From: Octopus sinensis
Lineage: Eukaryota
Direction of reading: 5' to 3'
Assembly (NCBI RefSeq): GCF_006345805.1
Contig: NC_043012.1
Coordinates: forward strand, 38,378,001-38,442,000
DNA: 64,000 bases
The notes beneath the pieces were generated by a model that worked only from the letters and a program-made list of their open reading frames with translations, made no database searches and had not been told where the DNA came from. Positions 12,402 to 25,515 of the stretch are shown one piece after another. The translations under genes were made by a program, and so were the position numbers. Each line of letters begins with the position of its first letter. Positions within the stretch are counted from its first letter, which is position 1.

Positions 12402-13342
12402 TTATATACATATAATATTTACTGCACATAATAATTTTCATCAATTTAATTTCGTACTCAATTTTAAGCTTGCTGTTAATTTATTCTCTATGAATACTCA
12501 TTGCGAAAAGAGTGAAAACAACAGAATAGCGAACTGGAGGTTTTATATTGAATTTAAGAGCATATGTAACATCTGTTGTTTTGTGGGGATTTTTTTCTGT
12601 TTAAACTTACTGTCATGCGGATTTAATAAGACAAGACATTTTACGTAAATATTATCTCATTGTGCATTCATTATATTTGTAACACAACAATGGATGGTCG
12701 TCAGCTCTAAATACGAACAATTTAAATATCAATTTATGAAAATTCATCTTCCATTCCTAAAGGAAACTTGATTATGTATTTGAGTGTATATGCTATTTTC
12801 GATAAATTGATCACAGATGCTTGCTCATAAAACAGCGCAAGTTCCGTTTAGTTTCACTTGAAAATATCGATATTTCTCTGACATGCATCTCGAGCGATGA
12901 CAACAAATCTACATTTGCTGTTGTCGTGTCTATTCATACCTGCAAACTTCTGAAATTTCTCACTTGGAAACCGTTGTAGAATAATATACCTAATAAAAAT
13001 CCTCCATGACATTCAACATCAACTGACTAATAAACGACACCTGCTCTTTACGTCTATTGTACTGTAAGCCATCTTAAACAAATAACTTCTCCTTTGTTCT
13101 TTGATTAGGATCAAAATTGAATTTCTCCAAAGATATTTTTGCAGTGTTTCTCTTATCAAACGCACAATTACTCTGTAGAAATGAGTCTTAGTTTTCGCTA
13201 GAAGCTGCTCGTCGCAAATCCTGACTCTCTGCTTTTACAAACGCTCGTAATGGCTGTATATAGCATATATGCTTGTAATAGTTGTATGTAACATATGTCG
13301 TTTGGAGCTGGTATTTATGCAAATAATCACACACATACATGC

Positions 13343-13396
<54 letters not shown>

Positions 13397-13489
13397 CGCA
13401 AATGCTCATACACGCGCACCTGAACAACTAAAGGACTCTAGTACAGTTCTATATTTAAAAGATGAGGAATTATCACATTATTATACATT

Positions 13490-13557
13490 CGTAGTAGTTA
13501 AGAGCGCGGGCTACTAACCCCAAGATTCCGAGTTCGATTCCAAGCAGTGACCTGAAC
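13490..13557 (+). mobile_element. tRNA-derived SINE head (A and B boxes) followed by (TAA)n
   Basis: gtagtagttaagagc (D-arm/A box), ggg-ctactaa-ccc anticodon-like arm, gagttcgattcc B box at 13530-13541; no acceptor stem or CCA. Confidence 0.7.
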
Positions 13558-13570
13558 TATAATAATAATA

Positions 13571-13617
<47 letters not shown>

Positions 13618-13664
13618 CCGAAAAATACCTTAGGAATGAGAACCCAGGTTCGAAATTTCCCCAA

Positions 13665-13710
13665 GACACCTGAAGAAGGCTGGAGGGTATATCAGCCGAA
13701 ACGTTGTGTT
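13665..13710 (+). ncRNA. Minimal type I hammerhead ribozyme, intact core
   Basis: GACAC-CTGAAGA-A-GGCTG(gagggtatat)CAGCC-GAAA-CG-TT-GTGTT: 5-bp stem I, 5-bp stem II, palindromic ACGT stem III; predicted cleavage after 13705. Confidence 0.75.
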
Positions 13711-15735
13711 AACAACAAACAAGATGAGGACAAATATCCGTCGAATGTAAATAATGTAAATAATGTAAAGGACCCCAGTTTTCACGAAATAGTGGAATAT
13801 GAATTACGTCGTCAGTTCTCTTCTTTCACACACCACAAACTTTATTCTGTTCCCTGAACTCTTTGTACTTTCAACTTCGTATACCTTATGGATCTCGGTT
13901 AGTTTCTTTGATTAGTATTATTTTTTTACCAGCTCATTGAATTGACATGTATATGGCTGGGTATTCCACAGACTCTTCTACCATTAAAGAAACCCACGGG
14001 TTGAATGTAGACTTATTAGGTTAGAATTTTAACCTCCCCGACCTGGCTCTCTAGAGTTTCCGTCAACCCAATGGCGCTGAAAAGGTACACAACACAAGGT
14101 GATAGCAAAAGACTTTTGCATTAAATGTCACGTAATGGGATCTAACTCGTGACCAAAAAGCGACCATATTGTTTTCCTCATAAAACTTTAAACAGCTAGA
14201 TGTTGCCCTGGATACTGTGCATTGCGAAAGCACTGAAAGTGGAAGAACAATACACTTATATAGACAGCTATTTCTCAAAGAAACTTTAAATGACTACATT
14301 GCGTTCGTTTGTTCACAACGGGAAGAAATGTAATTTAATAAAAAAAAGTATTAAATATTCACGATTTTCTACCAGAAAACGTTTATTTAATAAAGATGGT
14401 TATTGTATAAGTTTCATCTCTCTTTGTCGATCAAGCAGCGACTGGACTGTCAGGCTATACTTAAACATTTAATATTATGTAGGCAGCAAGAAGTAAAATA
14501 TTTCTTGGATTTTGAGATAATACTGAACAAATGTTTTTCGTACCTATATGAAACATTTTCTCAGCTGATCAAGTAAGCTGCAATAGATTATGCAAAGCTG
14601 GTGAAGTCTAACTGAAAGAAACATGTCTATAGTGGTTCTTTGAATGCCGAAAATAAAATCTTATTTCTTTCTTCAAAACATGTCAAAGACGTGAAATTAA
14701 ATCTTATACATGTGGTTCTGAGCTCTTGGTGAGATATCAAAAGGGAGACAATGCCTTTTACATTAAACTAAAGCGGTATTGAAAGTTTGTATTTTCAATC
14801 GAAAAGTAAAGAAAAAGATGCACAGAATATACACATTTAATATTTCGTTTTCTTGCACATTATAAAGATTTTAAAATGTCCAGTCATCCGTATCCATATA
14901 TAGCGCTATTTCATCCCATTTTAGAATCGTCAGCATCACGTAACCCAAGGCAATTAAATTACGGTAAATTAAAGTTTTTCGAAGCCACACAATTCTTATA
15001 GAGAGAAAATAAACCACAGTTTAAAAGGCATTCATAGGGTGTTTTTGTTTTTATTTTCATGAAATAATCCCCGTCTTGTCTTAGAATTACCTCCGTCTAA
15101 GAAATCTAATTCAATTAATTAATTAAAAACCGGTTGCTTACGTATACCATTACTTGACTTCTTAAATAATTATAATTTTGTAAGAGAACAGAAATGGTAG
15201 TTTGCATTGAACCTATATTTATAAGAATTGGTACTGGGTTTATTTATGACATTGATAAACTTCAATATGATTAGCCGCTCTTGTTGGCAGCTGTAATTAA
15301 GCAGATTAATTATCAAAGACGTCTCCATCTATTACTTCCGAGTTTTTCAACAAATATTGCCCATTTAGGACTACTGTACGTTGTTTCTATATTTCGTGTC
15401 GTATTTCATGAGAACAAAATATCATTAGAGGTAGATTTACTTAGTATTGCTTGCTTATCAAGGAATCCCATATTGTATTTTGTAAATAAACATTCTAATG
15501 GGGGTGGGGAAATTGGTGAGTGATATTCAGTCTGAGTGTTGAGTGATATAGTCACTGTTGGTTGGAAATGATGATTGGTGAGCGATGATAAGGAAATTGA
15601 TATGAAGACTGAATGAAGCTGAAATATTGCTGGATCATATCTTTGTTTTGACAGTATGTCAGCGAAAATTCGTTTAAATTTACTGACAAGAAATTAGTAA
15701 ATATTTTGAGAAGATATTTACCAATATGGGTTAGA

Positions 15736-16040
15736 ATAGCATGATTATTGGTGATTAGCTTGATTGCTGAAGACTAGCAAGACTGTTGGTGACTAGCATG
15801 ATTGTTGGGGATTAACACGGTTGTTGGGGACTAGCAATATTTTGGGAGACGAGCATGTTTGTTGGTGACTTTCATGATTGTTATTAGCATGATTGCTGGG
15901 GACGACGAGTATGAATATTGGAGACTAGTATGATTCTAGTTGACTAGCATAATTGTTGGTAATTAGCATGATTGTTGGGCATTAGCATGGTTGTTAGGAA
16001 CGAGCATGGACATTGGGGACTAGCATGATTGTTAGGGACA
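15736..16040. repeat. Degenerate ~19-bp minisatellite (consensus gactagcatgattgttggg), about 16 copies
   Basis: Contiguous degenerate units with no unique spacers. Confidence 0.8.
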
Positions 16041-17449
16041 AGGATTATATTTGCGAAAGTAGATTAAGGAATGTTTACCGAGAGAATTAATTACTCATAA
16101 AAATTTAACTTAAGTGTGATCGATTGATTTACAGATTTGTTGTTATCTTGATATTGTTACTGATCGATCGAGCGTATGGTCACATGACCAGCCAGTATTT
16201 TTCTATATCAAGAGCTATTTCCTTCGGTGTGTCTTTCTTGAAAAATACAACTAGCGTGTAAAATTGGTGGAAGTATGGTTGACATTTCTGGCCAGCTCAA
16301 CAACCATAATATAACTCCCTCAAACAAACATGACAACCAGAACAACAGGTGGTTGTTTCTTATTAATTCTAGCTTGGACAGCGTTGGGGGATTAACGTGT
16401 CACCGTATATCGACTGGGAATCAGATTCGCGTCGTTCAGATTTCGAAACAGCAGAATTATGGAGACGTGGCCAAGACGCCGCCAGTAAGTCCGTGTGCCC
16501 AAATACAAGAGAGAAATATATTCATTGATTTCTTAAGTCAAATGAGTTAATAATTGCTCCAGTTTTATGGAAAAAACATTGTATTACTGAAAGAAATATT
16601 GTAAATAGAATAGAATGCTTGGTAACTAAGAGCATACGGTGTTCTTTGCAGGAGAAAAGCGAAGATGATTTTTCAGATATTGTCTTGTAAAATGTTTACA
16701 GTTAGAATAGGAGACCGAGTATTGTTATATTCTGGAGACTGTGAATGATCTTATTAGAGAATAATCCTAGAAGCGGCTTGATTCATTAGATCTGTTTTGG
16801 CTTCAAAATAAAAATAAAAACCTGCACTTTCCAAAACATAGTGAAATTTTACGTTAATTCTTTATTATCATTATTATTAATGTTGTTGTTGTTGTTTTTT
16901 AATGTTTTGCTCACTTTTGTTTAGTGAAAGCGTTCATATCAACAACGCTCCGATTGGCTGATTCTAATTGAGTTTCTTAATAAGACGAATTAGGTGGCGT
17001 CTGAATGACGACTATCTTGCATATTATTTCAACTTGTTCTTGATAAATCGATAAAAACGTCACTAGACAAACATTTCGTTTAATACTTCACACCACCAGG
17101 GCAGTGGATTGGCAGAATTGATAGAGAATCAAGCATAATCCCTTGCTGCATTGACTTGTGTAATTTAACGTTCGAATCCTGCCGAGGTAGATATGGCATA
17201 CAATGTCTCTGCGGTCGGTAAAATACATGAAATAATCCACCATATATGAGCATAAGAACGATTCTACCATTTATTTACCTAGTTTCTCATTTGTTAACTT
17301 TATCCTAAATCTGGAAGATAAATAGTATATTGACGTATGTAACACAGTTATTTATTTTTCAGTTTATCTTCTCAATTATAAGAGTGCGTTTGAAAGGTTC
17401 TACAATCTGCTAAAAAACGCAGCTAACCTTTTCCTGAATTTGCATACTA

Positions 17450-19020
17450 TATCGTCAGAAGCACGATAGCATACATTAGATAATATACTCTGCTGAAATT
17501 AGATCATAGATCATCCCCATCAGAGAGGACCTGGTGTTAGGAATAATCAATCGTGTCTGCTGTTATAATAGGTTATGTGTGTTATGTAGCTTTATAATAG
17601 ATATGGATATTTTACAGTGTTGGTAATGATGCCATGTTTTCTAGATGTGAACTTGTCTTGAATCAAGGTGTAATCTATGTTTGCTATCATTCTGTGATAT
17701 TATTACCTTTCATCTTCATTCATTTAATAAGGGTAGGAGAGGTGTGTGCTCTGTATATGTTAGCCGGCTTGTAATATATTTTTTCCCCAGTTTGCTTTAT
17801 GTTGGTGCGATGTAGTGAATTTCAATGGATTCTTGTAAGTGCATACAAAGTCCGCGTAAAACATTTGTACTTGTATGGCCAATAAAATGTTCCAGTCATG
17901 AACTTTTACAACTTTCGTGTCCACGTAGTAGTATCTAAATAAATACTTGCTGAACAGTTTTTAAGCTTCTTCTGGGTTGATGAGGGATGACATTTTGGTC
18001 CTTTAGTAAACAATACATGGGGGTAAATTTGACAGGGTCTAAAGGAATTCGTCCTCTGGTTTACGAGTTTTACTTTAACATGTGATATTCTACAACCAGT
18101 ATCTCTTGCTTCCCATGATATCGTTATATATGCTTGTTCATGCTGTGTATTTAATTCCTTTTTCCTGTGTTCAATAGATTTATCTACTAATTTTTGCATA
18201 TCCGTTATTACCTTCTGTTTGTTTCATGCTAGAAATTACTTTTATAGTGTTCATTCCGGGAGTAGCATTTCCAATATTTTATTCCAATACAGTCGTATCG
18301 TTTAGTATCTCATAGGGAGTCACTGAGTAGTGAGTAATGTGTGCTTCTTCTAAATATTTAGGGCAATAACCTAAATAGCATGACTAATGTCTCATGCATA
18401 TTGCACGCATATATATATATGTGTGTGTGTGTGTGTATGTGTGTGTGTGTCTTTATATATATATATATATATATATACTTACAGTCAAACGTATATCTAC
18501 ATACATGTAGATTCATATGTGTGTAAGTATATATGGATTCCCACACTCACATATATGTGTTTGTATGTGCGTGCTAGAGTAGACACACATGGATGTTGCT
18601 TTGTAGTTTGTAATTTTTACTACATCGATTTTACGCAATGAAATGATTACTCTTTCTAACACACACACACACACACACACACACATGCGTGTGTGTGTGT
18701 TTTGTTTTAAAGAAATGCTTTCATTAATAATTTCGAGGTGCAACCTGTAGAATTTTCGGTGATTCTGGATTCCAACAGTTGGTTTGTATCTGTGATTCCA
18801 GTTTCCACATGTAATCTTTTGGTTTCTTTCCTGGAGAGAATAGGTTTCATTCTACGTGCGTGACTCATTTTTCGGATGTTGATATATCACTCAGTACGCT
18901 TCACGCATATCTTCATTCTGTCTTTTGGGATTAGATGCCAATAGTCAAGAGTTATGGATAAAATCTGTCTCGGACCAACATCGGTGGTTATAACCTCGTC
19001 GAATTGTAACAATAGATAAA
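17450..19020 (-). mobile_element. Possible highly decayed Penelope-like element (RT C-terminus/linker and GIY-YIG remnants), interrupted by microsatellites
   Basis: Weak frameshifted similarities: SSTQKKLKNCSASIYLD (linker-like), DFVCTYKN...NIKQTG (F.C.S.N...YIGQTG-like). Confidence 0.3.
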
Positions 19021-19055
19021 CTTATTGAATCTATAACAAAGAAAAGAAAACTGTA

Positions 19056-19660
19056 GGCGCAGGCTTTGCTGTGTGATAAGAATGTTGCTTAAGGCGGCGA
19101 GCTGGCAGAGTGGTTAGCACGCTGGGCGAAGTGCTTAGCGGTATTTCGTCTGCCGTTATGTTCTGAGTTCAAATTCCGCCGAGGTTGATTCGGCTTTCAT
19201 CCTTTCGGGCTAAATAAATTAAGTACCAGTTACGCACTGGGGTCGATATAATCGACTTAATCCCCTTGTCTGTCTTTGTTTGTCCTCTCTGTATTTAGCC
19301 CCTTGTGGGCAATAAAGAAATAATAAGCTTGTTTCTCAGCCGCAAAGATTGGGTTCAGTCCCACTGTGTGGTAAACTGGGCAAGTATTGTGACGTGTGAG
19401 ACAGAAACTAAAAGAATCCGGACGTTTATACACACATATATTCATATATATTTGTGTGTGTCGGGGGTGGGGGTGGGGTTCGCTCCCGCCACTGCCTGAC
19501 AACTGGTAGTGGTTTGTTTATGTATGCGTGACAATCTTTCGCCAAAGCAGTCAAACAGAACAACTACCAGGTTTTAAAACGTAAGCGCTGGTCTCGATTT
19601 ATTAGAATAAAATGTTCATGGTGGTGCCCCAGCATGGCCACAGTCCAATGACAACTAGGC
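19056..19660 (+). mobile_element. SINE family B interrupted by a family A SINE
   Basis: Head ggcgcagg...gtgtgataag at 19056-19090 resumes at ~19324 (gggttcagtcccact); 3' part ccagcatggccacagtc at ~19630. Confidence 0.65.
19093..19320 (+). mobile_element. tRNA-derived SINE, family A, tail type A1, full length
   Basis: ggcggcgagctggcagag head, gagttcaaattcc B box, tail gccccttgtgggcaataaagaaa. Confidence 0.9.
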
Positions 19661-19918
19661 GACAAAAGATAAAATTACATATTCTCTATAACTATGTTGT
19701 GGGAAGGCAGATAAATTGTATTGAAATTAACCTAATGTGTTTCTTCGCTGTCGCCCTCTACACTCAGCCACTTGCGTGTTTCGCGTTCGCTGCGTCAAGA
19801 GAGTGAGTACCGCACGCGCGTATTTCTGTTCATTCAAAGGTATTGGAAGCAGGATAGACTGATGATAGCTTGTGCTGGCAATCATAACACACATATAGAC
19901 AATACAGGGTTGGCCAAA

Positions 19919-20018
19919 NNNNNNNNNNNNNNNNNNNNNNNNNNNNNNNNNNNNNNNNNNNNNNNNNNNNNNNNNNNNNNNNNNNNNNNNNNNNNNNNNN
20001 NNNNNNNNNNNNNNNNNN
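19919..20018. other. Assembly gap (100 N)
   Basis: Run of 100 n. Confidence 1.
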
Positions 20019-20977
20019 TCTCTTGTTTTTGGTTCCTTAACTCTCACATACGTTTTATTGATTATCGAAAAGTGGGCAACGCTAAACTCAGAGTAACAAT
20101 TGAAGAAATTCTATCTTTGACGAAATATATACACTATATTCTACGTAGTGGCTACATTTTCTTTTTCTTTTCAAATGATATAAGTGATTATATATATATG
20201 TGTGTGTGTGTGTTCATGTGTGTGTCTGTGTATGTATGTATATGGATTCCTAAACTGCATAAAGTCCATTTTTAAAGTAGATTTATAGCAGGAGCTACTA
20301 ATTGTACAAATAAATAGCTATCTATATTGGTTAATGTTGCTTTAAAAAGTTGTTAGAACATTAAAAAAAAAATATTTTGATAAAATTCATAACAGTTCGG
20401 GACTTAATTATTTTTGGAGTATTAGATCAACTGAGGAATTTCTGGAAAGACTGATTTAATGCAAGAAGGTTAGGAGTATGTCTATTATCTTTCGACGCTA
20501 AATACTAACTTAAATATTAAATGTCTAGAAAAAGGTATTTTTAGTATATCAGATTTAATATTAGATTTAATAAAGGATATAAATGTATATCTATAGAGAA
20601 TCGTAAAGGTTTCTTGTCTAATCGTGGTTATAAGGGATATACTAATAGAGACAAAAGAAAAATGAACGAAATGGTTAGTGCCCAATATTTTAATGAACTT
20701 GTTAAACTTTTTTATATTTTCCGCAGATTTTCCCTTGTAAGCTGTTCTTAACATGTTCTTGTTATCAAGGAATGTATATATGTATTGTAGTATTTTGTGA
20801 CAACCAGTAACTAACACAACCAAGCATTTTACATGTTACTTTTGACAATCTTTTTTTCTAAAAAGTGAAACCGGTAAAGTAAATAAACATCTTTTAAAAT
20901 TGCACTTTCAAACCTTCTTCCATATATATATATATATATATATACACCTCCATATTTCACCCTTGTTTTCCAGTCAT

Positions 20978-21712
20978 TTCATCCTGCGATAATTCGTTAA
21001 TTTAGATACGTCTATTTTTTTTTCTTCCCATTTTTTCCTCAACTCCAGTAACCTTGAACGTTAAGAGTTCTTTCAATTTCCTGAGCGTAAAACTAAAACT
21101 AATATTGTTGTACTTTATCTCATTCTGTGAGTGGTGATGATAGGATGGGTATATATTGTATACACACCATGCTCATCTACACATAAATAATATTTAATAT
21201 ATACACCTATATATATATATTTCATACTGCGATAATTCGTTAATTTAGATACGTATTTTTTTTTCTTCCCTTTTTCCTCAACTCCAGTAACCTTGAAACG
21301 TTATAGTTCTTTTAATTTTTCTGAGCGTAAACAAAACTAAATATTTTGTGTACTTTTACCTCATTTCTGTGAGTGTGTGATGATAGGATGGGTATATATA
21401 TGTATACACACACATGCTCATCTACACATATATAATGTTTAATATATACACCTATATATATATATTTCATCCTGCGATAATTCGTTAATTTAGATACGTC
21501 TATTTTTTTTTCTTCCCATTTTTTCCTCAACTCCAGTAACCTTGAAACGTTAAGAGTTCTTTTAATTTTCCTGAGCGTAAAACTAAAACTAATATTTGTT
21601 GTACTTTTACCTCATTTCTGTGAGTGTGTGATGATAGGATGGGTATATATATGTATACACACACATGCTCATCTACACATATATAATATTTAATATATAC
21701 ACCTATATATAT
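20978..21712. repeat. Tandem triplication of a ~245-bp unit containing a Penelope-type terminal relic
   Basis: Units start at 20978, 21221 and 21466; each has (G)AAACGTTAAGAG-like and TT(C)CTGAGCGT motifs. Confidence 0.85.
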
Positions 21713-22100
21713 ATATATATACATACATACATACATACATACATACATACATACATACACATACATACATAAATATATAAAATATAGACACAGCTAGGCA
21801 GGTAGCTTGCTTAGTAGAGAGAAGAACTGAATTTGTGAAATAATGTTATACTGAGAATTGATAAATATATTAAGAAGAAAAACTGCCGAACAGGGAAAAT
21901 GTCCATCTACCTATGGAGTAATACGTTTATATCTATTCTTGACCCTCCACCTCTCTCTCTCTCACACACACACTCACACATACGCTTCATTCATACATGC
22001 GTACAATCAAACAATCACATACAAGCGCATTGTAAAATTATACACAAGCATATGCATGTACGCATATATATATATATATATATAGTTATATACATTTATC

Positions 22101-22144
<44 letters not shown>

Positions 22145-22476
22145 TATATATATATATCATATATAAATGTGTGTATGTATGTATCATTTCCTTGCATCCA
22201 CAAACACATAGTAACTCGATCAAATAACGCAAGACGAGACGTGTTTGACTGTTTCCAGCGTCAATATACTTCCAACTTAATATTTTTTTTTTTCAGAAAT
22301 GTGAATTATATTCACTTTATTACAGAGTTCCACCCCAGAAGAAATAAAACACTTTTCACAATTACCTATTTCTATATACAGACAAACATTTCCCCGTTAT
22401 TGACACACATATATGAACGTGTAGTTGCATCCTTCGACATACTTTTATATCGGTAAACACATGCACACACATATGC

Positions 22477-22582
22477 TCATGTATATACTTTGTTCAAGTA
22501 TATATACATATATATATATATACATACATATATATATATATATATATATGTAATATATATCATATATACATATATATATATA

Positions 22583-22613
<31 letters not shown>

Positions 22614-22905
22614 ATGTATATATGATATATATATATATATATATTAATATTATATATATACTTATATATATATATATTATATAATATATATATATATATA
22701 TATATAATGTATGTAAAATATATATAAACATATATATACTTATATATTATATATATAATATGTATGTAATATATATAAACATATATAACTTATATATAAT
22801 ATATATATTTATATATTATATATATATGTATGTAATATATATATACATATATTATACTTATATATATATATATATATATATCCATATATATGTGGTTATA
22901 TATAT

Positions 22906-22947
<42 letters not shown>

Positions 22948-23154
22948 GTGTGGTGTTGTTTGTATATTTCTCTACATAAGTATGTATATACATTTATATT
23001 TATATATTATACCACTCTATATATGTAGCATTAAATATATACCACAATATTTCTACCTACAAACACAGACATACACACACCCACTTTATATTTATTTCTA
23101 CATAATGCTATAACATATATATATGTATGTATGTATGTATGTATGGTACGTATG

Positions 23155-23194
<40 letters not shown>

Positions 23195-23300
23195 TATATA
23201 ACGTGCGTATATTCCTCTCTACATGCCTATACACACACCTATACGTAGTCGCCTATACATATATATTCAAATATCTATATATATATATATATATATATGC
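22477..23300. repeat. Long degenerate (TA)n low-complexity tract
   Basis: Almost pure TA/TATG/CA repeats. Confidence 0.9.
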
Positions 23301-23756
23301 TTTTCTGCCTACTTATTTATGTCTCTCCTGTCTGTCCGTTTCACTCGCCTCCAACCAGCGTTCGCTTGCGCGCACACACACTTAAACATAGTGGTATAAA
23401 ATATGTATATACCTCCTTAACAACGGAAATTTTAATATAACAGTTGAGTTGGCAATGTGAGACAAATAAATAATTCGCCAAACATATTTATATGAAATTT
23501 TAACCAAATTACAATAAACATTAGGACCGCGTTTAGTGGAGCAAGCTGTTTTATTCAAATAAATTGTAGGAGTGTTTGTATGTTTGAATGTGAGACCTAC
23601 TCATGTATATAAACACTCATATAAATATATTCTCACATACACACAAACACAGGCGGACGTATATTTCTTGAAACACAATCATTTAAACATGAACTGATTT
23701 GAACTTGCTCCCCTCCAGGTAGTTTATGCAATGATATGATAATGATAGTATCAATG

Positions 23757-24400
23757 ATGGTTTCAAATTTTTGGGGAGGAGATCAGTCGTTCACATCGAC
23801 CCCAGTGTTCAACTGGTATTTATTTTATCGACCCCGAAAGGATGAAATTATTTAATCGACCCCAAAAGGATGAAGGGCAAAGTCAACCTCGTCGGTATGT
23901 GAACTCAGAATGTAGCGATGGGCGAAGTACCTATTTCTTTACTACTCACAAGGGGCTACACACAGAGAGAACAAACAAGGACAGACAAACGGATTAATCG
24001 ATTACATCGACCCCAGTGCGTAACTGGTGCTTAATTTATCGACCCCAAAAGGATGAAAGGCAAAGTCGACCTTGGCGGAATTTGAACTCAGAACGCAGTG
24101 GCGGACGAAATACCGCTAAGCATTTCGCCCGGCCTGCTAACGATTCTGTCAGCTGGCCGACTTAACGATAGCCTTAATACTGGTTTCAAATTTTGGCATA
24201 AGGCCAGGAATTTTGACGGACAGGCAATGTGGTAAGTCGATGACAGCGACTCCAGTGTTCAACTAGTACATAGTTTATCAACACTAAAAGGGTGAATGAT
24301 AAAGACGTCCTCGGCGGAATTTGAACACAGAACGTGGCGACGAGCGAAATGTCGCTAAGTACTAAGCCCGGCGTGCTAACGATTCTCCTGACACACCGCC
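23757..24400 (-). mobile_element. Cluster of three family A SINEs (partial A2 23757-23931, full A1 23932-24163, older A2 24180-24400)
   Basis: Repeated atcgaccccgaaaggatgaaaggcaaagtcgacc and gaatttgaactcagaac blocks. Confidence 0.8.
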
Positions 24401-24963
24401 TAAATATTGGTATTAATATTCGTACTATGAGGTGCTATTTTTTTTATAAAGAGGAGGGCCGGTGGATTGGTGGAATAGGTAGAGTGTTACCATTTACGCC
24501 TCTAGCACTCTCGTTTTCTACCGGTCATTTCAGCATGCGATATCGCCTGATTGAGACGTGTTTCTTCGTTTCTCTATTTTTTCCTGCTTGTCTATGAATG
24601 CTCGAAGCGTATGAAGACTTACTATTTTCCTGAGCATATACTAAATATACACCATTTTCTTTTACATAGGCTTATTTTTTTGTTTTTTAACACACACACA
24701 TACACACGCATTATCAATATCACATGCTTAATATATGTGTATTTATTAAGTGCTTGTAGCTTCACTTTATCGTATAAAGGCGGCTTCTTTAAAGGCGAAT
24801 ACTGTTTAAAAACATATTATCCTTCAAAGCTCGTTCAGACTAATCCGAAACTAGACGACAACGAGATATATCGACATTTCGCACTATTTCCTGCGGATTA
24901 TTACTATATAGTCGGCTCAGTTCAATATTTCAATGTGTGACATTCGTAATGTTTACGTGATTA

Positions 24964-25029
<66 letters not shown>

Positions 25030-25041
25030 CTATCTATCTAT

Positions 25042-25483
25042 CGGTCAGAGCGACGAAACCGTTCTGCACGCACTCGTTCAGTGTCCAACAATTTCCGACC
25101 TGTGGGCTTATGTCGAACAACTGCTGTCACGTGTGGGACGAGTCGGTTTATCAGCTGAGTCTATCGTCAATATTGTCACGCCTCCTTCCTTCAACGGGAG
25201 GAAGAGCTATTTTCATCATCATCCTTGGCTATGGCGAAAGAATGTATCTGGTGGACGCGTCTGAAAGGATTGGAGACAAACACTTTCCTCTCTGGTCAAT
25301 CTCTCATCAACTTCTTCAAGTACCACTTGAAAAGGAAAGTGAGAGTAGAGAGGCAAGTTTTGTCTAGCGAATGTTTTAAAAAAGATGGGTGAATGTAGCA
25401 AGAATGGCACGTATGAATGACGAAGCCACCTTGAGCATAGTCCTATGAACCCAGAAATCGAAAACAGAGAGTTGCTTATTTGC

Positions 25484-25515
<32 letters not shown>

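Noticed and set aside
13490-13557. Possible tRNA gene (ACT anticodon-like loop)
   Set aside because: No acceptor stem, poor arm pairing, and followed by (TAA)n; this is a SINE head. The same applies to the other tRNA-like heads
15736-16040. CRISPR-like periodic repeat
   Set aside because: Units are contiguous and degenerate with no unique spacers, in a eukaryotic context
19903-19918. TACAGGGTTGGCCAAA, like a Tc1/mariner TIR start
   Set aside because: Runs into the N gap and no matching second TIR was found
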